A stretch of 64,000 bases of DNA from Burkholderiales bacterium. Its GTDB lineage: Bacteria > Pseudomonadota > Gammaproteobacteria > Burkholderiales > SG8-39. Below are positions 8,419-16,114 of this stretch, piece after piece. Within the stretch, counting starts at the first letter, position 1. Every line of letters begins with the position of its first letter. The DNA is taken from the NCBI GenBank assembly GCA_041617635.1, contig JBFJOO010000013.1:1761-65760 (forward strand), given 5' to 3'. Below the pieces are notes generated by a model. That model was not told the DNA's origin and searched no databases. It saw only the letters and a list, made by a program, of their open reading frames with translations. Position numbers and translations under genes: made by a program.

Positions 8419-10050
8419 TCAGCGCTGCTTGACCTGCTTGAGGAGCGCGTTGCCTTTCACGGCCAGGCGGTTGTAGTCGCGGGTCAGCGCTTCGTACGCC
8501 GCGACGGCGCGATCCAGACCGCGCACGTCGCCGCTTTCCAGCTCCCCGATCTGATGCACCCGCGTGTTCACCATCTGGACCTGTAGTTCACGCAGATCCT
8601 TCGAGACCGCGAAGATCTGCGCAAGCGTCTCGCTCGCCCGGCGTCGCGCGAGATCCCGGTACGGAATCGTGGTGTCCGCAACGAGGCTGCGCGCCTTCGC
8701 AGCGTTCTCGCGCGCGACGGCGAGATTCCGGGCTTGGATGCCCTGCCCCGACCGGTCCAGGTACGCGATGCTTTCGTTGACGGTCTGGACGATGGACTCG
8801 AGATTGCGAATGACCGGGTTCAGCTCGAGCATGCGCTCGAGGAGCTGCTCGAGCTGCTGCTCGTTCACTACCGCATAGGCGCGCCCGCCCAGGGCCTCCG
8901 CGAGGCTCTGGAGCTCCGCCAGGTCCCGCGCCGTGATGCCCACCCCGACGATCTCGTATTCGGGCTTGATCTTGCGGTTCGCCAGTCGCTCCCGCACGAT
9001 CTCCGCGCCCTGGCGCCTGAAACACTCGTCGGTGCCGCCGGTGATGATGAGCACGCTCTTGTTGACGCCTTCGAATCGGGCGGGATCGTCGAAATCGTAG
9101 GCCGCATTGATGACGGCATCGACGAGCGTTCGCTGGCCGCGTGTCTTCACCTGTTTCACGCTCTCGCGGATGATCGGACCATTGTTCAGGCTGAACCCGA
9201 CGACGAGCTCGGAAGCCGTTCCATCGCATGCGCCGCCGAAGTGCCGGTACGCCAGGTTGTCGCGATCGGCGTGCTGGCGCCCGAGCACGCTCGTGAGCGC
9301 CCGCCTGGCGACGTCCAGCCGGGTGGTGTCGGTGAACGGGCTCTCCATGTCCGACGACCGGTCGAGGATGATCTGGGTGTTCTCCTGCACCTTGCCGTCG
9401 GCGACGACGCTGCCGGTCTCGACGCTCTTCGCCGCCCTGCCGATCGCCTCGCGGAGTCCCTCCGCCGTGGACGCGGTGTAGTAGCCTCCGCCGGCAAGAT
9501 CCGCGATACGTCGCAGCACCATCGCCTCCTCCGGCTTCAGGATGTCGAAGCCGACCACGTGCACCGCGATGCCCCGCTGCGCGTGGAGTCGTTGCGCGAC
9601 CTCGGCCGGATCTCGATTGCAGGTCTCCTTGCCGTCGGTCAGCAGAATGATCGCCTTCTCCCCGGCCGCGGCGGAGAGCTCGTCGGCCGCGGCCTCGAGC
9701 GCCGTCGCGATCGGCGTAGCCCCGCGGGTGCGGATGGCGCTGATCCCGGCGAGCAGCGCGGCGCGGTCCAGTGGCGCCAAGGCGACCACGCGCTCGATAT
9801 CCTTGCAGTCGCGCTCGCGACGGCCTCCGTACACGTACAGGCCCGCGTTGATGCCGGTCGCCGGCAGGGTCTTGATCAGGTCTTGCAGCGCGTCGCGCAC
9901 CGCGTCGAAGCGGGTCTGGCCTTCAAGAGCCGTGCGCATCGACGCGGAAGCGTCGATCACGAACACGACGTTCTTCGCGCCCCAGGTCGGCGGCGCGAGA
10001 AGCAGGGAAAGCAGGAGCAGCGGTACTGCGACTGGAATCCTGGTGGTCAT
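8419..10050 (-). CDS. Secreted tandem von Willebrand factor A (vWA) domain protein with a C-terminal coiled-coil region
   Basis: AGGAGG lies 7 nt upstream of the ATG. A Sec signal peptide is present (MTTRIPVAVPLLLLSLLLAPPTWGA). The first vWA domain has an intact MIDAS motif (VFVIDASASM ... LLTDGKETC). The second has a degenerate MIDAS (ILDRSSDM ... IITGGTDEC). The last ~150 aa are heptad-like and helical. Confidence 0.8.
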   Translation of the reverse strand: MTTRIPVAVPLLLLSLLLAPPTWGAKNVVFVIDASASMRTALEGQTRFDAVRDALQDLIKTLPATGINAGLYVYGGRRERDCKDIERVVALAPLDRAALLAGISAIRTRGATPIATALEAAADELSAAAGEKAIILLTDGKETCNRDPAEVAQRLHAQRGIAVHVVGFDILKPEEAMVLRRIADLAGGGYYTASTAEGLREAIGRAAKSVETGSVVADGKVQENTQIILDRSSDMESPFTDTTRLDVARRALTSVLGRQHADRDNLAYRHFGGACDGTASELVVGFSLNNGPIIRESVKQVKTRGQRTLVDAVINAAYDFDDPARFEGVNKSVLIITGGTDECFRRQGAEIVRERLANRKIKPEYEIVGVGITARDLAELQSLAEALGGRAYAVVNEQQLEQLLERMLELNPVIRNLESIVQTVNESIAYLDRSGQGIQARNLAVARENAAKARSLVADTTIPYRDLARRRASETLAQIFAVSKDLRELQVQMVNTRVHQIGELESGDVRGLDRAVAAYEALTRDYNRLAVKGNALLKQVKQR

Positions 10051-10154
10051 GAGGCGACCTCCTTTTCTGCAGATTGCAGTCCGCGAAGCGGCACGACGCG
10101 CGGATCATGCGGGCCAATGGGCGGCGCGCTTCGCGTCGACACTAGCCCAACTAC

Positions 10155-11474
10155 TCAGTCGCGGATCTCTTTCGCGCAGCGAAAGCCGATGGTATCTCTC
10201 CTGGTCTCGGGGGTGGCTGCGTACCGGTAGGCGGCCCTCAGCTCGGAAGCGTCGGAGCTCCAGTCGCCGCCGCGGACGGCGCGCATCGCGGGCGAACCCG
10301 CCGCCGATCCGTTGAAGGGATTCGCGCCCGCGGGACGCGTGTAGAAATCGCGGTCGTACCAGTCCCGTACCCACTCCGCGACGTTCCCCGCGAGATCGTA
10401 CACGCCGTGGGCGCTGCGGCCCGCCGCGTAGGCGCCGACCGGCGCGCGCTCGGAATGCCGGTCGTCCTGCGACTTGTCGCGCCATTCTTTTGCGCAGTTC
10501 TGGTCGCAGAAATTGGCGCGCGTGCCGCCGGGCGGGTCGTCGCCCCACGGGTAACGGCGCTTGCCTCCGCCGCGGGCGGCCATTTCCCACTGTGCCTCGC
10601 TGGGCAGGACCTTCCCATGATGCCGGCAGTACGCGTCCGCCTCCTGCCACGTGACTCCGATGACCGGGTAGTCCGGATTCTTGGCCGGCGCCGACTGCGG
10701 AGTGCCGGGGGTTGCCGCTTTCGCGAACCGGTGGAAATCGGCTTCCGTCACTTCGTGCCGGTCGATGTAGAACGCATCCAGCGCCACCTCGTGGTCGGGA
10801 CGCATCGGCTCCATCCAGGTCGGAGACAGCGTGGGATGGGCCTTTAACGCGCTCGCGTACGCGTCCCTGACTTCCTCCGCAGTGCTCCCCATCGTGAACT
10901 TGCCGCCCGGGATCAGCACCATGCCGGTCGGCGCGGCATCGTGGAGGATCCGGTACGCAGAGATTCCACCCGCCACCAGCACCAGCCCGAGCACCGCCGC
11001 GATCGCATAGCGCGTCGCCAGGCGCAGACGCCGGAACCGCGCCCACCATCCGCGCTCGACGACGGGTTCCGGGGGCGGCTGCTCGAGCCGCACCGCGATC
11101 GACTCGAGGAGCTCCTGAAAGCCGGGATGGCTCAGTTCCCCGGACCAGTTCACGAGCGAGGCGGACTTGATGCGCTCGAACGGCATCGGCGGATCGACGG
11201 CGTCGATCTTCACCGGAATCAGGACGCTGCGCATGCGTCCCTGCTCCGCCTCCGAGAGGACCCAGTCGCTCTCGAGCGCCGCTCGCGACCAGACGACGAC
11301 GACGCAGCGGGCCGTGCCGAGCTCCCTGCGAATCTCGGCATCGATTCGCCGCCCCGGCCCGATCTCCCGATCCCACCATATTGACCAGCCCGGCTGGTGC
11401 TTCTCGAGCGTTGCGACGAGCCGCTCGACCCAGCGCCGGTCCTTGCTCGAGTAGCTGACGAAGATGTCGCTCAT
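10155..11474 (-). CDS. Membrane protein with an N-terminal TIR domain, a single TM helix and a C-terminal FGE-sulfatase (SUMF1/PvdO-like) domain
   Basis: A TIR_2-type N-terminus is present (DIFVSYSSKD...CVVVVWSRAALESDWVLSEAEQG). Arg-rich flanking sequence (RGWWARFRRLRLATR) precedes the TM helix YAIAAVLGLVLVAGGISAY, which predicts N-in topology. FGE-domain motifs follow (MVLIPGGKFTMGS, PVIGVTWQEADAYC, LPSEAQWEMAARGG, YDLAGNVAEWVRDWY, RAVRGGDW, IGFRCAKE). Confidence 0.8.
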   Translation of the reverse strand: MSDIFVSYSSKDRRWVERLVATLEKHQPGWSIWWDREIGPGRRIDAEIRRELGTARCVVVVWSRAALESDWVLSEAEQGRMRSVLIPVKIDAVDPPMPFERIKSASLVNWSGELSHPGFQELLESIAVRLEQPPPEPVVERGWWARFRRLRLATRYAIAAVLGLVLVAGGISAYRILHDAAPTGMVLIPGGKFTMGSTAEEVRDAYASALKAHPTLSPTWMEPMRPDHEVALDAFYIDRHEVTEADFHRFAKAATPGTPQSAPAKNPDYPVIGVTWQEADAYCRHHGKVLPSEAQWEMAARGGGKRRYPWGDDPPGGTRANFCDQNCAKEWRDKSQDDRHSERAPVGAYAAGRSAHGVYDLAGNVAEWVRDWYDRDFYTRPAGANPFNGSAAGSPAMRAVRGGDWSSDASELRAAYRYAATPETRRDTIGFRCAKEIRD

Positions 11475-11542
11475 CGGGACCGCCGGTAGCCTCGCGACGT
11501 TATCGTGAAGCCTTTCTCACGGAGCATTCCTCGCGCGCGGCA

Positions 11543-12811
11543 TCACGGCGTCTGATCGGCATGCACCGCGGTCGCCGGATACTCGGGACGGATGTCGAAT
11601 CGCAGCAGGCGTTGGGCGGTGCGCAACGCGCTTTCCGCATCCTCGGGGCGGTTCGCGCGCGCGAAAATGAATCCGAGATAGCTTGCCCCGTCGGGCGGTG
11701 GCGCGACGATCTGGCCGACGTGGGCCGCGATGGTCACGCCCGTGACGCCCGGCACCGACTGCGCCGCAGTAAGGCCCTCGATCCCGAGATAGATGCCGCG
11801 TCGTGGAACGGGGATCATCATCACCCCCGTCGCATCGTTCGCCCCATCCGCGCCTTGCACGGGGCGCGCCTCGCCAATCGCCTGGCGCAGGATCAGCTCC
11901 TCCAGCGTCATGCCCAGGGTGTGCGTGAGCATCCGCCCGCACAGCCCGCCAATCGAGCGCGGCGCGACTTCCAGCATCCAGATCCCCCGGTCGTTGATGC
12001 GCATTTCGGCGTGGATCGACCCGGTCACCAACCCGGCGGCGCCGCACGCCCGCGCCACTTCCCGATGGATGCGGTGCTGACTCTCGTGCGGCAAGCGGGA
12101 CGGCGTGACGTAGATGGTCTCCTCGAAATAGGGCCCGTCGAGGGGATCGGGTTTGTCGAACAGGGCGAGGACGTTCAGGCGCCCGCGCTCCAGTGTGCCC
12201 TCCAGCGCGTACTCGCGACCCGGAACGAACTCCTCGATGACGAGGCCCAGTTCCCGGGCGTCGCGGTCGGCCCGCGACTGGATCGCACGCACCCAGTTCA
12301 CGGCCCGCACGAGCGCGTCCGAATCATCGGCGCGGATCACGCCGCGGCTGGCCGACAATCGGCGCGCCTTCACCACCACGGGAAACTGCAATCCATCCAA
12401 TGGTGTGCGTGGATCCGCTCCGGTCGGCAGATGCCGGAATCCGGGGCACGGCAAATCGTGCTTTCGCAGCAGTTGTCGGAACGCGAGCTTGTCGCGCACC
12501 TGCCGCACTGCGTGGACGGCGTTTCCCGGCAGGCCGAGACGCTCCGTCAGCAGCGCCGCGAGCTCCACACCCGAATCATCGACCGCGAGCACGGCATCGG
12601 CGCGGCCGTCGATCTCCCGCAGCACGGTGTCTGCCGCCTGCTCGGGCCGGTCGAAGTGGAGCGCCATGATAGGCGGCAGGCCCCAGGAGGGGGCGAGCTG
12701 GTGACAGTAGTCGGCCGCAGCCACGATCGCCACGCCCAGCTTCCGCGCGGCGGCGAGAAAATCGTCGTTGCGGTAGCTCGACGTCGGCAGCAGCAACAAG
12801 ACGCGCTTCAC
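11543..12811 (-). CDS. ATP-grasp domain protein (carboxylate-amine/thiol ligase type)
   Basis: GTG start 9 nt after the radical SAM stop. The product is 422 aa with an ATP-grasp pattern (DKLAFRQLL, FPVVVKARRLSASRGV, VIEEFVPGREYALEG, HAEMRINDRGIWMLEVAPR). Confidence 0.75.
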   Translation of the reverse strand: MKRVLLLLPTSSYRNDDFLAAARKLGVAIVAAADYCHQLAPSWGLPPIMALHFDRPEQAADTVLREIDGRADAVLAVDDSGVELAALLTERLGLPGNAVHAVRQVRDKLAFRQLLRKHDLPCPGFRHLPTGADPRTPLDGLQFPVVVKARRLSASRGVIRADDSDALVRAVNWVRAIQSRADRDARELGLVIEEFVPGREYALEGTLERGRLNVLALFDKPDPLDGPYFEETIYVTPSRLPHESQHRIHREVARACGAAGLVTGSIHAEMRINDRGIWMLEVAPRSIGGLCGRMLTHTLGMTLEELILRQAIGEARPVQGADGANDATGVMMIPVPRRGIYLGIEGLTAAQSVPGVTGVTIAAHVGQIVAPPPDGASYLGFIFARANRPEDAESALRTAQRLLRFDIRPEYPATAVHADQTP

Positions 12812-12820
12812 GGTTTCGAC

Positions 12821-14278
12821 TCAGAAAGATTGCAGCTGCGATTGGGTGGGCTCCGCGCAGCAGTACCACGGCTCCGACAATCTCGGGATCGGCGACCCAA
12901 GATCCGCGGCGAGCTCCGGCGCCTCGCGCCCGGCCACCGCGTGCGCCGCGCGCCAGATGGCTGCGAAAGCATCGCGGCGCGCGAGCCCCTCTTGTTCGCT
13001 GCGCGCCACGCTTTCCTGCAATGCCTGCTGCAGACGGTCCACCCGCGGATCGGAATGGCGCCACCGATAGCCGAGAAGCTCGGGATCGAAAGCCACCAGC
13101 TTCTCCCCGAAGCCGGGCAGCTGCAGGAGGTAGGAACCCTCCGGCACGAGCAGCCGGATGGTGAGCTGCACCGGAGGAACGCTTTCCACGAGCTCGAGCA
13201 TGACGAGCCGCTCCAGCAAGGCGATGTAGCCCTCCAGCGTCGTCCACGGCGTGAACGCGACGAAGGTCGGGGCAAGCGCGATGCCGGCTGCGCGGGCGAG
13301 CGCCACCGCCCGGTCGAAGTCGCGACTGGTGTGGTTCTTCGCGAGGAGGCGCAGGACGTCGTCGTCCACCGCCTCCACCGCAGTGGTGATGAACAGGCAC
13401 CCGCAGCGTCGCAATTCGGGCAGGAGATCGGCGTGATCGATGAGGTGCTGGACCTTGATGGTCGCGTCGAACGTGACCTCGGGAAACGCATCGTTCAAAG
13501 CGCGAACCAGCTTGAGCGCATGGGTGGGACCGTTGAAGAAATCCGGGTCGCCGAAGGAAATATGGGTGGCCCCTTCGCTCACCTGCTGCGCGATGTCCTG
13601 CATCACGACGTCCGCCGGGACGATCCGGAACTTCCCCTGGTACACGGGAACCACCGGGCAATGGCGGCACAAGTGCTTGCAGCCGCGGCTGCCCTCGGCG
13701 AATCCGACCATGCGCGTCGATCCGCCCGGCAGCACGAGATGGGCATAGCGCGAGAGCTTTGGCAGGACGCTGCGGTCCGGCACCGCGAAGTGAACCTTCC
13801 CCAGACTGATGACCGGCTCGCTCTGGGTCGTTGCCGCTTCGCCGGCGCGGAGTCGCTCGCACAGGGAAAGCAGCGCCGGCTCCAGTTCGCCGCCGAGCAC
13901 CGTGCTCACGCCCAGCGCCCGCAGCCGTGCCTCGTTCATGGGCGCATAGAGCCCGTAGACGCAGATGTGCGCGCCCGGCGCGAGCCGCCGGATGCGCGGC
14001 AACGCCTCGATCGCAATGCGCGTGGCCGTGTGCATCCCGACATAGATCGCCACCAGGCGCGCGCCACGCAGGGTTTCGGGATCGAGCTTCTGCAGTGAGA
14101 GATCGAGACAAGTCACCGCGAACTCCGCGCGCTTCAGCCACGCAGCAGGTTCCGCCAATGCGAACGGCTGCCGTCCCAGCTCGTACGGATTGATGAGAAC
14201 GACCCGGAACGAATCGTTCGCCGTGGCCGGGCGCGGACCGACGCGGGACAACGTTGCTGGGGAAAGCGGCTTGTTCAT
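12821..14278 (-). CDS. Radical SAM protein with a B12-binding-like N-terminal domain and a C-terminal CCAEP tail (CUAEP/CCAEP-tail radical SAM family, as I recall the family name)
   Basis: The CxxxCxxC cluster motif is GSRGCKHLCRHCPV. A Rossmann-like N-terminal domain is present (VVLINPYELGRQP...). The C-terminus is ...EPWYCCAEPTQSQLQSF, with the two Cys encoded TGC TGC. Confidence 0.75.
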   Translation of the reverse strand: MNKPLSPATLSRVGPRPATANDSFRVVLINPYELGRQPFALAEPAAWLKRAEFAVTCLDLSLQKLDPETLRGARLVAIYVGMHTATRIAIEALPRIRRLAPGAHICVYGLYAPMNEARLRALGVSTVLGGELEPALLSLCERLRAGEAATTQSEPVISLGKVHFAVPDRSVLPKLSRYAHLVLPGGSTRMVGFAEGSRGCKHLCRHCPVVPVYQGKFRIVPADVVMQDIAQQVSEGATHISFGDPDFFNGPTHALKLVRALNDAFPEVTFDATIKVQHLIDHADLLPELRRCGCLFITTAVEAVDDDVLRLLAKNHTSRDFDRAVALARAAGIALAPTFVAFTPWTTLEGYIALLERLVMLELVESVPPVQLTIRLLVPEGSYLLQLPGFGEKLVAFDPELLGYRWRHSDPRVDRLQQALQESVARSEQEGLARRDAFAAIWRAAHAVAGREAPELAADLGSPIPRLSEPWYCCAEPTQSQLQSF

Positions 14279-14342
14279 ACCCGGTCGTGCGCAGCGCCCG
14301 CGTGACGGCTGGCGCTATGAAAAGTGGCGCGCGGCGCTCCGG

Positions 14343-14756
14343 CTACTTCGATTTCGGGCGCTGCGCGTACGGCGCGGGGCCCGGCTCGCGACTCGCCTTG
14401 GCCTCCGCCAGGCGCTTGAGATAGGTGCGCCACATCTCCTCCTGGTGCAGGCCGTATTCGTACAGCAAATCCCAGGAGTAGATGCCGGTGTCGTGGCCGT
14501 CCGAGAAGGTGAGCTGGATCGCATAGCTCCCGACCGGCTCGATCTGGGTGATCTCGACGCTTCGCTTCCCGGCCTGCAAGACCTCCTGCCCCGGCCCATG
14601 GCCACGCACTTCGGCAGACGGCGAATAGACCCGCAAGAACTCGCACGGCAGCGTGAAGGTCTTGCCGTCCGCGAACGAGATCTCCAGCACCCGCGACTTC
14701 TGGTGCAGCTTGATGTCGGTAGGTTGGGGCGTTTCGGTATCCATGCTTCCGTCCAA
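14343..14756 (-). CDS. DUF971 family protein (gamma-butyrobetaine hydroxylase-like N-terminal domain)
   Basis: The ORF is 137 aa and has the pattern LEISFADGKTFTLPCEFLRVYSPSAEV...YAIQLTFSDGHDTGIYSWDLL typical of DUF971. Confidence 0.7.
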   Translation of the reverse strand: MDGSMDTETPQPTDIKLHQKSRVLEISFADGKTFTLPCEFLRVYSPSAEVRGHGPGQEVLQAGKRSVEITQIEPVGSYAIQLTFSDGHDTGIYSWDLLYEYGLHQEEMWRTYLKRLAEAKASREPGPAPYAQRPKSK

Positions 14757-14819
14757 CGGTGCTCGCGCGGCGCGCGGGTGGGTCGCTCGCCGCTATACGC
14801 GCTTCACGACCGCGCGCGA

Positions 14820-15098
14820 CTACTTTTTCTGGGTGGGCGGGACATAGCCCGAGGCAACGTCGGCGCCCCCGCCGAAGAAATACTTCTCCGTCTGCTGCAT
14901 GAGGTAGTCGCGCGCCTTCTTGTCGGCGAGGTTGAGCTGGTTCTCGTTCACCAGCATCTTCTGGTGCTCGAGCCACTGCTTCCAGGACTCCTTCGACACG
15001 TTCTCGTAGAGCCGCTTGCCGAGCTCGCCGGGCAGCGGCGGAAAGTCGAGCGCTTCGGCCTCGCGCCCGAGCTTGATGCACTTGACCATGCGCGCCAT
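14820..15098 (-). CDS. yggX: Oxidative-damage protection / Fe(2+)-trafficking protein YggX
   Basis: An internal ATG gives [52 protein letters not shown], a classic YggX sequence. Confidence 0.85.
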   Translation of the reverse strand: MARMVKCIKLGREAEALDFPPLPGELGKRLYENVSKESWKQWLEHQKMLVNENQLNLADKKARDYLMQQTEKYFFGGGADVASGYVPPTQKK

Positions 15099-15326
15099 GT
15101 TTGGACTCCACAAGATCCCACGACCTCAATCGCCGCATTCCGCAGTCGTTGCGGTTACGACATCTCGTCTACCCAGTATAGCAACGCGCTTCCTGAACCA
15201 CCTAGCAGCTAGGGCGCGATCACCCTTCCTGCAAGCAGGGGAAAGGCGCGACACGCCGGCCCTCGCTTGAACATCGTGAGTGCCCAGCGCACACTCTGCC
15301 CACGGGCCCAACGGTCAGGACACGTC

Positions 15327-15971
15327 ATGCCGGGCAGAGCGGAGCGCTGGCTCGAGACATCGGATGTCGTACCGATGTTCCCGACCCTGGTCTGGAAGTT
15401 CCAGATCAAGCGCGACTTTCGCCAGGCGATGGATGCCGACATCCTGAACGCGCTGGCTGCGATCCGGGGGAAACTCCCGCTGCTCGCGCCGGGTGAGGGT
15501 TGGCAGTCGGAACAGCGCCTGCACGAGCTTGCGGCGTTCGAGGCGCTCACGATCTGTGTACGCGACGCGGCCGCGAGCGTGCTCCGGTTCCTGCGCATCG
15601 AGTCCGGCACGCTGAAGATCACCGGTTGCTGGGCGAACGTGCTCGCAGCCGGCGCAGCGCATCGCGCGCATAGCCATCCGAACAACTTCCTGAGCGGGGC
15701 CTACTATCTCGCCACGCAAACCGGCGCGGACACGATCAACTTCCACGATCCGCGGGCCCAGACCACCGTGCTGCGGCCGCCGGTGACGGCGCTCAGCGCC
15801 GAGAACACCGACCAGGTCGTGGTGCGCGTGACGAACGGCGCAATGCTGCTTTTCCCTGCTTGGCTATGCCATTCGGTCGATGCCAACCGCAGCAGCGACG
15901 AGCGAACGAGCATCAGCTTCAACCTGATGTTCGCGGACTTTGCCGAGGGCTTGAGCGCACCGCTGTGGTGA
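15327..15971 (+). CDS. TIGR02466-like putative 2OG-Fe(II) oxygenase family protein
   Basis: The product is about 214 aa with CWANVLAAGAAHRAHSHPNNFLSGAYY and FPAWLCHSV motifs, which resemble that conserved hypothetical family. The start was chosen at the internal ATG 15327. Confidence 0.55.
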   Translation: MPGRAERWLETSDVVPMFPTLVWKFQIKRDFRQAMDADILNALAAIRGKLPLLAPGEGWQSEQRLHELAAFEALTICVRDAAASVLRFLRIESGTLKITGCWANVLAAGAAHRAHSHPNNFLSGAYYLATQTGADTINFHDPRAQTTVLRPPVTALSAENTDQVVVRVTNGAMLLFPAWLCHSVDANRSSDERTSISFNLMFADFAEGLSAPLW

Positions 15972-16114
15972 TGCCGGTTCTCTGCCGGATCGCCGACCGC
16001 GCGACGCCCGACGGGTATTTCCCGATGGCTGAAGGTGGATTAATTTGCTAGCCTCGCTCCGGACAGCAAAGGGAGGAGACCCGCGCGGCGGCAACGTGCG
16101 CCGGGGGACAATCG

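Noticed and set aside
10066-10084. A sigma-54-like GG-N10-GC element (cGGACTGCAATCTGCA on the minus strand) upstream of the vWA gene.
   Set aside because: The -12 element would lie only about 20 nt from the ATG, so the transcript would start inside or after the RBS. The match to TGGCAC-N5-TTGCA is partial. It also forms a CTGCA/TGCAG palindrome that may explain the resemblance.
10155-11474. The TIR protein as the ThsB component of a Thoeris system.
   Set aside because: No ThsA-type (SIR2 or Macro/SLOG) gene is adjacent, and the protein has a TM helix and an FGE domain that are atypical for ThsB. It is reported instead as an unclassified TIR module.
12821-12880. Possible selenocysteine recoding in the radical SAM C-terminal tail.
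   Set aside because: The tail is encoded TGC TGC GCG GAG CCC (CCAEP) with no in-frame TGA, and the ORF is uninterrupted. This is the Cys-Cys variant.
11561-14098. An 845-aa plus-strand ORF spanning the ATP-grasp and radical SAM region.
   Set aside because: It is antisense to two genes with clear family motifs. Its translation is an Arg/Gly/His/Ala-rich low-complexity string with no recognisable domain. Long stop-free antisense frames are expected at this GC content.
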